Source: a virus
Taxonomy: Duplodnaviria > Caudoviricetes
DNA length: 64,000 nt
Virus record (IMG/VR): IMGVR_UViG_3300021387_000147
Reading direction: 5' to 3' (one strand)
The notes under the pieces are model-generated. The model saw nothing but the letters and a program-made list of their open reading frames with translations, made no database searches and was not told where the DNA came from. Each line of letters opens with the position of its first letter. The stretch's first letter is position 1. Positions 1 through 9,169 of the stretch are shown here, piece by piece. Position numbers and translations under genes: made by a program.

Positions 1-655
1 AATGGCCTAAATAACCAACTATACCACCTACATCTTGTGATACATTGAAAATTAAATTTTGAAATACATAACCATTACCAAATAATAAACCTTCAAATGG
101 TCTATCTGGATAACGACCAATTACAAAATCAATTTTTGTTTTTGCATTTTCTTCGCCAATATCATCACCTAATACAATGGCAATATGATTATTAAAATTG
201 TCACCTCTTTCACCATCATCATTATCACCATTTACTCTATTAGCGCACCATTTTAATTCTTCTTTTGTTTTAATATAATAGAAACCACCATAATTTGAAA
301 AGATACCATTATTAAAAAAGATACCAGCTAAATCACGTTCGTTTGAATTATTTTTTATAAAATCAGAAAAATTATCTTGAGTAATATATGCAGGTTTATT
401 TGAATACTTTACTTCTACTAACTTTGAATATGCATATTCAATTTTATAAAGTTCAGCAATATTTTTACTATAATCACCATTTAAATATGTTTCAATAGAT
501 TGTTTAGTCTTAAACTGTTCAGGCTTGATATTCTCTCCAGATAGATTTTCAATAAAATCTTTCTTAACTGGCTGGAAGAACCACTTCGTGCCATTGTTTT
601 CTACTTCACCGTTTAAGAATCTCTTTTTAAATTCGTTAAAAATAAATGAACTCAT
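1..655 (-). CDS. Putative virion/fibre protein, N-terminal part (runs off window start)
   Basis: Not in ORF track; ATG at 655 directly follows stop of 657-2276 and frame stays open to base 1 (MSSFIFNEFKKRFLNGEV...IGRYPDRPFEGLFYGNGYVFQNL...GGIVGYLG); latter motifs resemble GLUG-type adhesin repeats. Confidence 0.6.
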   Translation of the reverse strand, partial: MSSFIFNEFKKRFLNGEVENNGTKWFFQPVKKDFIENLSGENIKPEQFKTKQSIETYLNGDYSKNIAELYKIEYAYSKLVEVKYSNKPAYITQDNFSDFIKNNSNERDLAGIFFNNGIFSNYGGFYYIKTKEELKWCANRVNGDNDDGERGDNFNNHIAIVLGDDIGEENAKTKIDFVIGRYPDRPFEGLLFGNGYVFQNLIFNVSQDVGGIVGYLGH

Positions 656-656
656 A

Positions 657-2276
657 TTACCACTTTACTGCATAATCAGGTTTCTTTTCTTCTGTAATTT
701 CTACAGCCACATCTTCTGTAGATAATGTCATACTTAGTTTATCTGATGTTGATTTATTTATCTGAGGATTTAATGTTTTATCTAATGATGTTTCATATAA
801 TGTTTGAATATCACCAGATGGTAATTCATCATTTGTATTTATATTATCACCGAACTTCAACCAATGTTGTGCACATGTTTTATTCAATCCATCGCCAAAG
901 AATTCCTTACATATATCATTTAAGAAATTTACAGGTGCTGTATCAAAACCATTACCATGATCACCAAATAATTGCATTACTCCACCATAAACTAACATAG
1001 TTGCTAATGCTAATTCACCTGTTGCTGTTCTAAATATACCAGGATTTCCAGTAGACATACCTTGTCTAACTGCTGCTCTATCTTTTGCAACTTCAAAAGA
1101 TGATCGATCTAAATCTTCCCAATTTGCTGGATAATATGCATACAAAGGTTTACCAAGTCTTCTACATTGAAAACTTGTTTTATCATAGATAGAATAATTT
1201 TTATTTGATTCTAATATAATAGCATGTAAAATTGAAACTGGTGATTGATACCAAGATTCTCCTTTTAATGTTGCTTTTTGTGCTTTTGAATATACTGTCA
1301 CATTTGGATCATAAGAAAAATACCATTGTGGATTTCCATATCCTGTTAAATCTTGTGCAGAATTATAATTATAAACACCTCTATGTTTTGTTATATTACC
1401 ATTAATACTCATTACTGTAGCAGTAATATAATTTTGCATAATAGCAACTTCTTTATATGCTCCATCCATTTGATATGAATTTAATGGTACAAATGCATCA
1501 ACACCATTCCATACACATAATTGTAATGCAGTTTCACCTATATCTTTAAGATATGATAATTCATTATGTGGAACGAAATGATTATTTTCCCAAACAACAG
1601 ATGATCTATAACCAGGAGCAGACGTTGTTTCTTCAACACTATATAAACATGCAGATGATGAAAAATTTTTCATAGCTGTTGCTGCTATAAAATTTCCACT
1701 TGTCCATTTAGATGTATTAGATGTAATATAATCATAAACTGATTGTTTATAATCATTAATAAATTTCTTTTCATCATTATATTCATGATATTCTGCTATA
1801 TCACCAAATTTACCATCATTTGCAGTAAATGTATACTTAAAAGTATAATTATAATAACTTCCTGGACCAGAAGCAGCTCCACCAGAACCAGTTAATCTTA
1901 CAGTCCATTGAATACCATCTATAGTTAATGGACATCCTGCCCATACTCTATATGTACACCAATTTTTTAATTCTTCAACCCAAAAATATTTACTTTGTGT
2001 TGGATCTGATTTTTCTGTACTACCAATTTTTAAATAACCATTATCATTTGGACTACTACAATATTCTGTTTTATTTTGCCAATTATAAGGTTCTACATAT
2101 TCACCATTAGCAATCTTTTCTGCTAATGTTTCTTTTACATCTTCTATTGTTTCACTATTATAAGAAACTTTATCTAAACCAAAATCAATTACTTTACTAC
2201 TATTATGAATACTATTCTGTGTAGTTATTGTTTGATTTCGTTTAGTAGCTTCAACTGTTTTAAAATATCCTATCAT
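657..2276 (-). CDS. Hypothetical late protein, possible lytic transglycosylase-like C-terminal domain
   Basis: 539 aa ORF after TATAAATA box; HAIILES and GGVMQL loosely resemble SLT motifs. Confidence 0.5.
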   Translation of the reverse strand: MIGYFKTVEATKRNQTITTQNSIHNSSKVIDFGLDKVSYNSETIEDVKETLAEKIANGEYVEPYNWQNKTEYCSSPNDNGYLKIGSTEKSDPTQSKYFWVEELKNWCTYRVWAGCPLTIDGIQWTVRLTGSGGAASGPGSYYNYTFKYTFTANDGKFGDIAEYHEYNDEKKFINDYKQSVYDYITSNTSKWTSGNFIAATAMKNFSSSACLYSVEETTSAPGYRSSVVWENNHFVPHNELSYLKDIGETALQLCVWNGVDAFVPLNSYQMDGAYKEVAIMQNYITATVMSINGNITKHRGVYNYNSAQDLTGYGNPQWYFSYDPNVTVYSKAQKATLKGESWYQSPVSILHAIILESNKNYSIYDKTSFQCRRLGKPLYAYYPANWEDLDRSSFEVAKDRAAVRQGMSTGNPGIFRTATGELALATMLVYGGVMQLFGDHGNGFDTAPVNFLNDICKEFFGDGLNKTCAQHWLKFGDNINTNDELPSGDIQTLYETSLDKTLNPQINKSTSDKLSMTLSTEDVAVEITEEKKPDYAVKW

Positions 2277-2291
2277 ACTTTATTTATAAAC

Positions 2292-2315
2292 AAAAAGTGG
2301 CCTTATCGGCCACTT
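2292..2315 (-). terminator. Rho-independent terminator after neck gene
   Basis: AAGTGGCC-ttatc-GGCCACTT stem with T-run on minus strand. Confidence 0.65.
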
Positions 2316-2338
2316 CATAAATTCATCTCTTACCAAAA

Positions 2339-3340
2339 TTATGCTATTTCAAAGAATCCTAATGGAGATTCCAATCTTATCTGTTCTCTACAATCATCCC
2401 ATTCTTCTTTATAAGATGAATACAAAGAATCAGCATTCAAAGAACCACCGCCTGCAATTGATAAAGTATACTTACGCAATGCATTAGTCCATATCATACC
2501 TGCTCTTGCAACTACCATACGTCTAAAGATTACATCATTAAATAACTTACTTGACTTCTGTCTCTTGTATACTTCCATCAATCCTCTTACAGGATGGTCA
2601 GGTTGAGGCCATACAGATAATTCCTTTTCTTTCTCATTATATCTTACGGTATATGATTCACCGAAATCCATCTTAGCCTGTTCCAACCATACAAGTGCAG
2701 CATTCCAATGACCTAGAACATCACCAAATCCACCAGCATTACTATAACAAGAACCTGTAAAGGAACTACCCATACTCATTACTGTGTTATACAAAGCATT
2801 GTGTGGTAGAGTAAACAAATCATTGATTGTTCCCATCCAATCTGAAACTTGGAAATCTACAATAGACTCTAATTCATCACAGATTTTATAGTGTGATTTT
2901 CCTGGTACTAAGTCCATAACAAGATAATCTCTATAATTACCTTCTCTGAAATAATACTTCCACATGTATTTAACTGTATCAGCAATAATGAAATTCAATT
3001 GCTGATCTGAAATTTCAATACAAATTACTGGAGCACCTAACATCATCTTAATGTAGTTTCTCATTTGAGCTACATTCTGAATGTTCATCGCATCCATAAA
3101 CTCATCCCTAACAGGAGGTTTAAATGGAGGATGTGGAGGTGCAGGTGGATGAGGTGGAATTATATCAGGTTTTGGTCCTGTTCCTGGCCATGGTCCATCT
3201 GCTGGAGGGAATGGTCCTCTTATTTCATTTCCTGGAAGCATACCATCCATTGGAGGATGCATTGGAAACATTCCACCTGGAGGTGGAGGAGGTTTTGGAA
3301 ATGGTCCTTTCTTAGTAATTTCTTGTGTTATATTAGCCAT
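2339..3340 (-). CDS. Neck/head-tail adaptor protein (T4 gp13-like) with Pro-rich N-terminal extension
   Basis: YIKMMLGAPVICIEISDQQL and WTNALRKYTLSIAGGGSLNADSLY match gp13-family motifs. Confidence 0.85.
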   Translation of the reverse strand: MANITQEITKKGPFPKPPPPPGGMFPMHPPMDGMLPGNEIRGPFPPADGPWPGTGPKPDIIPPHPPAPPHPPFKPPVRDEFMDAMNIQNVAQMRNYIKMMLGAPVICIEISDQQLNFIIADTVKYMWKYYFREGNYRDYLVMDLVPGKSHYKICDELESIVDFQVSDWMGTINDLFTLPHNALYNTVMSMGSSFTGSCYSNAGGFGDVLGHWNAALVWLEQAKMDFGESYTVRYNEKEKELSVWPQPDHPVRGLMEVYKRQKSSKLFNDVIFRRMVVARAGMIWTNALRKYTLSIAGGGSLNADSLYSSYKEEWDDCREQIRLESPLGFFEIA

Positions 3341-3361
3341 ATACTATTTATAACACAAAAT

Positions 3362-3386
3362 AAAAAAGATGGTATTAACCATCTTT
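3362..3386 (-). terminator. Terminator closing the early gene block
   Basis: AAAGATGGT-atta-ACCATCTTT hairpin with T-run. Confidence 0.6.
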
Positions 3387-3741
3387 ATTTCTTTTTCTTA
3401 GGAGCTCTCTTCCTTTCTGTTGTAATTTTCTTTTGCAACTTCTCATTAGCCTCTTCCATACTCATTGTTTCTAAGGCTGATTTCTGTATAATTGCTTTAG
3501 GCTTATTCTTCTCAATATATTCTTTATCCTCATCATATTCTTGTGGAGTTTCAAATTTTCTCCAATAAGATACTCTGTAGATATTACCAATCTGTTGAGA
3601 CATTGCTAAGAAATTCTTTTTACATTTCTCCTTAAATGCTTGTGCTTCCTTTTCTGTAGCAAACTCTCTATAAGTCGTATCCTCACGAGGGAATGCTAAC
3701 CACTTTGGAGCATATTTGCTCACATATTCTTTATTTGCCAT
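3385..3741 (-). CDS. Hypothetical basic protein
   Basis: 118 aa ORF coupled (TAATG) to upstream gene. Confidence 0.7.
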   Translation of the reverse strand: MANKEYVSKYAPKWLAFPREDTTYREFATEKEAQAFKEKCKKNFLAMSQQIGNIYRVSYWRKFETPQEYDEDKEYIEKNKPKAIIQKSALETMSMEEANEKLQKKITTERKRAPKKKK

Positions 3742-4094
3742 TAGAACTTCTCCTTACAAATGTTTTGAATTTGTCTTCTTTTAATTTCAGCTTTCAATTT
3801 ACGAATATAATCAACTATTGATTGTAAACGATTTACAAGCTTCTTAGGTTTTTTGTAATAATTATATCTATCGTCCATCAAAATAAAATACTTCATAACT
3901 CCTTCAGCATTTCTTTTTTGAGCCATTTTAGGATGATATACCTTACATTCACCATTCGTTTGACATGAAGCAATTAACTTATGACGTGCATTATCATTGT
4001 CAACATAAATTCCAATAGTCTCATCCCATGGAGCTATAGAAAAAGTAGTAAAACCAAACTTTTCTGCTATTTGTTTAAATTCCACTTGAGTCAT
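3741..4094 (-). CDS. C-terminal-motif array protein, soluble class
   Basis: Start moved to MTQVEF (GGAG upstream); ends KRRQIQNICKEKF. Confidence 0.75.
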   Translation of the reverse strand: MTQVEFKQIAEKFGFTTFSIAPWDETIGIYVDNDNARHKLIASCQTNGECKVYHPKMAQKRNAEGVMKYFILMDDRYNYYKKPKKLVNRLQSIVDYIRKLKAEIKRRQIQNICKEKF

Positions 4095-4563
4095 GTATAT
4101 GCTCCTGTAAAGCAATATTCTTTATTTGTGCTTTCTTATAATATCTTGTTCTCTTCTTATATAAATCTTCCAAATGGTCGACCATACTTTTAAAGTTATG
4201 ATATTGTCTTAATTTCAAATTCTTATAGAAAACATCATATCTCCACAGTTTATGTTTCTTATACCAATGATAAAATTCTTTATATGTTTTACAATATTTT
4301 TTATAAATAAGTATTTTAAAATCATCATCCTCTCTTATGTAGATATATGGAACACTATCAAAAGTTAGAGCAGTCTCAAAAAAATTAGAACTGATCATAT
4401 CATCAACATGTGCTAAAGGACATAATTCTTCTAGCTTTAATTTAATTAGATATAAATCATGTTCATTAAAACTTGTTTCTTCTTTAATTCTATAATCACA
4501 TTCAAGTCTTATAGCCCAAATAAAAACAAATACAGCAATAGGTAAAACAGCTATTATAAACAT
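4075..4563 (-). CDS. C-terminal-motif array protein, N-terminal TM class
   Basis: Hydrophobic N-terminus; KKAQIKNIALQE near end. Confidence 0.75.
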   Translation of the reverse strand: MFIIAVLPIAVFVFIWAIRLECDYRIKEETSFNEHDLYLIKLKLEELCPLAHVDDMISSNFFETALTFDSVPYIYIREDDDFKILIYKKYCKTYKEFYHWYKKHKLWRYDVFYKNLKLRQYHNFKSMVDHLEDLYKKRTRYYKKAQIKNIALQEHIHDSSGI

Positions 4564-4898
4564 TATTCATCTTGTCCTATTGATTTAATTAATCTTAATT
4601 TATATTGTTTCTTCCAAAATAATGTGTCTTTTTCAACTCTTTTCAAATGATTTTTAAGTGCTTCTTTTGAAGCCAATGTTCTTCCATTACCTCTTGTACA
4701 AATGGCGCCCATACAATCTAAACGAATATCATAGCATCCACCTCTTTTAGTTTCAGCATCAAGCCATGCAATCAAATTATCTGCAGCTCTTTCATTATTC
4801 AAATAGATAGCTACATAATTTGAATATTCACCATCTGTATCATAACCAAATTCTTTAGCTACTTCTATGAATTCTTCTTTAGTCAATTGTTTCGCCAT
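4563..4898 (-). CDS. C-terminal-motif array protein, soluble class
   Basis: EEFIEVAKEFGY start; ends KLRLIKSIGQDE. Confidence 0.75.
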   Translation of the reverse strand: MAKQLTKEEFIEVAKEFGYDTDGEYSNYVAIYLNNERAADNLIAWLDAETKRGGCYDIRLDCMGAICTRGNGRTLASKEALKNHLKRVEKDTLFWKKQYKLRLIKSIGQDE

Positions 4899-5214
4899 CT
4901 GCAATACTCTTAATTTGATTTAATTTTATAATACGTTTATAAATGTGTATTCTTTCTGTGACTTCATCAAGCCAATCAATAAATTCTTTTTGTGTCTTAA
5001 CTACTTTTGAATTTTGTTCTGTCTCTATAAGATTGATAGCTCTATAAAATATTGGGTTATGTAATTCTACACCATAAGAACAACATATCGCTAAACACAT
5101 TTCATTTGTATAAATGTTATCAATGTGTATACGATAATCTCCCATTGATTCTAATAAAGGATTTAATTCAAATCCATATTGTTTAGCTATATTTTTAAAA
5201 TCTGAGGCTTTCAT
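4879..5214 (-). CDS. C-terminal-motif array protein, soluble class
   Basis: DFKNIAKQYGF start; ends KLNQIKSIADGETID. Confidence 0.75.
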   Translation of the reverse strand: MKASDFKNIAKQYGFELNPLLESMGDYRIHIDNIYTNEMCLAICCSYGVELHNPIFYRAINLIETEQNSKVVKTQKEFIDWLDEVTERIHIYKRIIKLNQIKSIADGETID

Positions 5215-5687
5215 ACATCTTCCTTACATATATTCTTAATAGCTTCAAGTTTCTTTAACTTATTAAGTTTAGTTTCAAATGTAGGAACTTGTTTAATAAA
5301 TTCTTCTAATGTTCGAATACGTGCAAATTCTTTTTGCTTCCATAGTGGATATTCATCAACCTTAACAATAAAGAAATACTTATCTTTAGATTTATGATAT
5401 TTTAACCATTCTTTATATGTTTTAAAATTGTTCTTGTATAACATACAAAAGAAACGAGTATCATTTAGTCCATAACCATGATTTAATCTAGAAATTGTAA
5501 AATAATCTTTGCCTTTACAACTTACTTCTAAACCACATCTACGAATAGACCTATCAATCATTGCAACAATCTTTGTACCTTCTTCATCACTAACAGTAAT
5601 TGGCATTGACATTAAACGTAAGCGTCCTAAAAGATAACTTACATAAAAAATTGCCATAATACCAAATATAATTGCTAAAGGTTCCAT
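5211..5687 (-). CDS. C-terminal-motif array protein, N-terminal TM class
   Basis: TM helix at N-terminus; ends KLEAIKNICKEDV. Confidence 0.75.
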   Translation of the reverse strand: MEPLAIIFGIMAIFYVSYLLGRLRLMSMPITVSDEEGTKIVAMIDRSIRRCGLEVSCKGKDYFTISRLNHGYGLNDTRFFCMLYKNNFKTYKEWLKYHKSKDKYFFIVKVDEYPLWKQKEFARIRTLEEFIKQVPTFETKLNKLKKLEAIKNICKEDV

Positions 5688-6172
5688 TAGTCTTCCTCTT
5701 TACAAATACTTTGAATTTTCATTAATTTTTCTTTTCTAACTGCAAGCTTCATTTGATTTGGTATATCATTAAACATTTGATAAAAATCATCATACTTAGC
5801 AACAGGATTCAAATATTGAAATGCTCTTGCTTCAAATACATACGATAAACTAAATCTCAAATCTGGCATTTTTCTTTTCTTTAAGAAATCAAAAAAACTT
5901 GTATAAGTCAATCTATCAAAAGTATAATATAATTTATCTTCAATATAAAACGCATCTTTATATATTGCAAAGTTCATTTCATATCCATATTTAGTTTCTA
6001 CTTTCTTTTTAATTGTATCAAAAAGAAATTTCCTTGTTTGTTGGTCAAAATATGGTAGCTCATCCTTAATAAGATTATAATGAATTACTTGGTATATCAT
6101 CCAAAGAACGCATAACGTTAATGCGGTCATCAAAATAAAAGCTACACCTATACCAATAATCGGAACTAACAT
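5687..6172 (-). CDS. C-terminal-motif array protein, N-terminal TM class
   Basis: TM helix; ends KLMKIQSICKEED. Confidence 0.75.
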   Translation of the reverse strand: MLVPIIGIGVAFILMTALTLCVLWMIYQVIHYNLIKDELPYFDQQTRKFLFDTIKKKVETKYGYEMNFAIYKDAFYIEDKLYYTFDRLTYTSFFDFLKKRKMPDLRFSLSYVFEARAFQYLNPVAKYDDFYQMFNDIPNQMKLAVRKEKLMKIQSICKEED

Positions 6173-6639
6173 ATATCCTTTTCTTTACAAATACTTTCAA
6201 TCAATAATTTCTTATAAATTTTCTTTCTATCTCTAATAAGTCTTGGAAATTCTTTTTCAAGCTTAAGAATATCAGTGTACACTTCAAATAATGTTTCATC
6301 AGGATATGGACCAGATATGTATTCATTATACGGCATATAAAAAACTGAATAGTAAATATTGGATTTATGCTTAAGAAAATGATCTTTAAAAGAGTAAGGG
6401 TTTTTCTTAAGATAAATAGCCATCTCACCAATTTCTACTTCCTTATAAGACCATCTACTATAGAATGGACCATATTTAACCATATTATACTTTTGATACA
6501 GTCCATGCATGTGCAAATAAAACCAATGCCATTCCTTTTCTGTAATATGATTTTTATCATCTTTATAATACTTCCAAACCATACACAGTACACCGCATAT
6601 AGCAAGAAAATATAATGGTGCAAGCATAACATTAATCAT
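6166..6639 (-). CDS. C-terminal-motif array protein, N-terminal TM class
   Basis: TM helix; ends KKLLIESICKEKDIC. Confidence 0.75.
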   Translation of the reverse strand: MINVMLAPLYFLAICGVLCMVWKYYKDDKNHITEKEWHWFYLHMHGLYQKYNMVKYGPFYSRWSYKEVEIGEMAIYLKKNPYSFKDHFLKHKSNIYYSVFYMPYNEYISGPYPDETLFEVYTDILKLEKEFPRLIRDRKKIYKKLLIESICKEKDIC

Positions 6640-6985
6640 CTTTACAAATACTCTCTATTTGAAATTTCTTAATATCTTTCTTAATAAATTTTACCAATCT
6701 TAAATACAATTCTAAATTCTTTTCAAATTCAGATTCATCTTCAGAATCAAAATACGTTGAAGAGCAACCAGTATCAATTGCTCCATTTGTATAAATTTCA
6801 ATAGCATTCTTTAATTTAATCTGATTACAATTAGTGTTTAATTGCGTAATAACTCTATGATGATCTTCAGGTAAAGAAAAACAAATAAAATGTTTTCCAC
6901 CAATAATCTGTTTACCAACTTCCTCTTCAGTCAGTTGTTCCAAACCATGTTTCTTACAGATCTCAATAAATTTTTCTTCACTCAT
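6632..6985 (-). CDS. C-terminal-motif array protein, soluble class
   Basis: EEKFIEICKKHGL start; ends KKFQIESICKDD. Confidence 0.75.
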   Translation of the reverse strand: MSEEKFIEICKKHGLEQLTEEEVGKQIIGGKHFICFSLPEDHHRVITQLNTNCNQIKLKNAIEIYTNGAIDTGCSSTYFDSEDESEFEKNLELYLRLVKFIKKDIKKFQIESICKDD

Positions 6986-7410
6986 ACTGGATCCTTACAA
7001 ATGTTTCTAATACGACGGAGCTTTTCAGTTATATTAAAAAGCTTAACTTCCTTTGTAATGCTTAACAATTCATCTTTCAAAATTGCAGGGTCAGTAACAG
7101 TAATTCCATTTATTGCAGTTGACAAATAACATTGACCATCGTAATTAACAATTTTTATTTTGTTATAGAGAACACATTCGAATAAAGCATTTCTTAAATG
7201 CTTTTTATTATAATCAATAGTGAAGACAATTACAATATTTGCTTCAGATGCAGTAGTATATGTCGGTGTATTTAAAGAAACTACATACTTTTTGCTTAAA
7301 CTTTTAGTAGTGTCACATTTATCAAAAAGATCTGGCTCATAACCACATTCATGACAAATGTTCAAAAACTTTTCTTCATTTAATGTATCTTCTTTAACGT
7401 GAGAAAACAT
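6982..7410 (-). CDS. C-terminal-motif array protein, soluble class
   Basis: EEKFLNICHECGY; ends KLRRIRNICKDPV. Confidence 0.75.
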   Translation of the reverse strand: MFSHVKEDTLNEEKFLNICHECGYEPDLFDKCDTTKSLSKKYVVSLNTPTYTTASEANIVIVFTIDYNKKHLRNALFECVLYNKIKIVNYDGQCYLSTAINGITVTDPAILKDELLSITKEVKLFNITEKLRRIRNICKDPV

Positions 7411-7411
7411 A

Positions 7412-8131
7412 TTATTCCTTACAAATGTGTTTAATTTCGTAGAGCTTTCTTAAGCGAGCAAACTTCTGTTGTAATTCATTATTCTTTTGAATTTGCTTTT
7501 CAATTTCTTCGTATGCCTTCTTAAATCCATCTACATTCAAACAGTTATCAGTAAACTTAACTGGATATTCTGCGATATATTCCTTTGTTGTAGGAAATGC
7601 TATTTGATATGCATATTTTTCATTACCTTCATAGAAATAAAGAATACGCAATTTCTGCAAAGTCAGTGTCAATGTATGCACAACTTTGTTTGTATACTTT
7701 CTTGTCACTGCATCTTTAACAGTTTCAATCGCAGACGTATACTTGATAAATGGATGCTGTGCTTGATGAGCCCAAGGTTCATTACAATAATGATAAATGA
7801 AAGATGTGCCATCACAATTATGATTGAAAAAACTATTGCGCCATAAATCTTCAAGCGTATACTTTTCAAGATAATCATCATCTTTAAGTGCATCCATCAT
7901 GTTAATAGTATATTTCTTTTGAATACCCATAAATGCACCATTTGACCAATTAGCACAGATCTTATTTTCACTTGGATGTGCAGTAGAACGTGCCAACTCA
8001 GTTCGCACATAAATCTTCAAACATTCAATCATCGCTTGTTTCAATGCATCAGTCATATTCTTTCTATCCTCAATATCTTGCACAACCTTATTAAACTGTT
8101 CAGATACTGACTTCATAAGCAATTCTGTCAT
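7412..8131 (-). CDS. C-terminal-motif array protein
   Basis: 239 aa; ends KLYEIKHICKE. Confidence 0.75.
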   Translation of the reverse strand: MTELLMKSVSEQFNKVVQDIEDRKNMTDALKQAMIECLKIYVRTELARSTAHPSENKICANWSNGAFMGIQKKYTINMMDALKDDDYLEKYTLEDLWRNSFFNHNCDGTSFIYHYCNEPWAHQAQHPFIKYTSAIETVKDAVTRKYTNKVVHTLTLTLQKLRILYFYEGNEKYAYQIAFPTTKEYIAEYPVKFTDNCLNVDGFKKAYEEIEKQIQKNNELQQKFARLRKLYEIKHICKE

Positions 8132-8685
8132 TAATCTTCATCCTTTCCAATAGAATGGATGGCGGCATATTTTGCATTTCGAACAGAAGCCTTAATCATT
8201 GCTTCATTCTTTTCCTGCGTATCTCGAATTAAATCAACTGCCAACTTCCAATCTTCAAAATCTACTTTCTTAGAAAAATCAAAATCATATCTTTCACGAT
8301 AACCACCACATGCAAGCTGAACAGGAAGTTTCTTTTCATCTACATACTGATAAATGAAATTGGGAACCATCATTGTCAAAGAAATTTGCCATGGATGCCA
8401 ATTCTGTCCACTTGCTCTCCAAACACTGCAAGTAATATCCTTATAAGTATACAAATTCCAATAAGTATTATCAGCAATTTCTAAATAATAGGCTTTGCGG
8501 ATTTTTTCGAACTTTTTAATAGGGTCGAAAATCACGTGATAGTCATGATGAAAATCACCATTCAAAATCAGCTTTTCTTCAGACGCTTCATAACGGTCGA
8601 TAATATACAACTGTTTGGAATGCTCCTTAGACAAATACTGGAGCATATCCACGATTTTCATTTGAGCATCCCATTCGTTATACAT
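8131..8685 (-). CDS. C-terminal-motif array protein
   Basis: 184 aa; ends KYAAIHSIGKDED. Confidence 0.75.
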   Translation of the reverse strand: MYNEWDAQMKIVDMLQYLSKEHSKQLYIIDRYEASEEKLILNGDFHHDYHVIFDPIKKFEKIRKAYYLEIADNTYWNLYTYKDITCSVWRASGQNWHPWQISLTMMVPNFIYQYVDEKKLPVQLACGGYRERYDFDFSKKVDFEDWKLAVDLIRDTQEKNEAMIKASVRNAKYAAIHSIGKDED

Positions 8686-8855
8686 TATTCAACTTCTCTT
8701 CCGTCAATTTCAGTGTCAGCCAAGAAAGAACCAAACTTCTTGATAATCTTCTGACGATTTTCCTCGGCCTTAGCCTTGTCATGATACACGCCCCAAATCA
8801 TACGGCGTTCGGGCTTGTCCATAGTGTTATAAGTCAAAACATATACCTTTTCCAT
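8685..8855 (-). CDS. Small hypothetical early protein (56 aa)
   Basis: Below ORF-track cutoff; MEKVYVLTYNTMDKPERR..., GAGGT RBS, TAATG coupling to next gene. Confidence 0.65.
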   Translation of the reverse strand: MEKVYVLTYNTMDKPERRMIWGVYHDKAKAEENRQKIIKKFGSFLADTEIDGREVE

Positions 8856-8869
8856 AATTTACCTCTTAA

Positions 8870-9055
8870 TTATTCAGCAGGCCAAATTGCTTCAATGTGA
8901 TTAATTCCTACGACAATGGTCGTTCCACTAATTCGCAAATCTTTACAATTAACGAATTTTACGAAATGTTCATCCATGGCTTCAATAGTACCGGTAAAAC
9001 GAGCACCCATGTTAAACTTGCCATGCAACCAGTATCTTTTTCCAATTTCAAGCAT
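8870..9055 (-). CDS. Small hypothetical early protein, possible Sm/SH3-like beta fold
   Basis: First gene after early promoter, GAGGT RBS; FTGTIEAMDEHFVKF...IVVGINHIEAIW. Confidence 0.65.
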   Translation of the reverse strand: MLEIGKRYWLHGKFNMGARFTGTIEAMDEHFVKFVNCKDLRISGTTIVVGINHIEAIWPAE

Positions 9056-9082
9056 CTTAACCTCTTTTATTTTAACAAGTAA

Positions 9083-9169
9083 AATATACTAAAAAAGAGG
9101 TTTCTTGGAAACCCCTTTTAATGTAAAATAAAGTTTACAGAACTATAAAATATGTAAATTATAGTTTAC
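9083..9169 (-). promoter_or_regulatory. Sigma70-type early promoter with two upstream GTAAA-N6-TTTAC palindromes
   Basis: Minus strand TTTCCA-17-TATATT; palindromes 9123-9138 and 9154-9169. Confidence 0.7.

Noticed and set aside
3065-3568. 167-aa Trp/Arg-rich plus-strand ORF
   Set aside because: Antisense reading of proline codons in the gp13 gene; the other short nested ORFs in the track were dismissed on similar grounds
3741-8685. C-terminal motif as a pure Shine-Dalgarno artefact
   Set aside because: Explains only the K-[ED] codons; the K...I..I core has varied codons and persists at 31663 without a downstream gene
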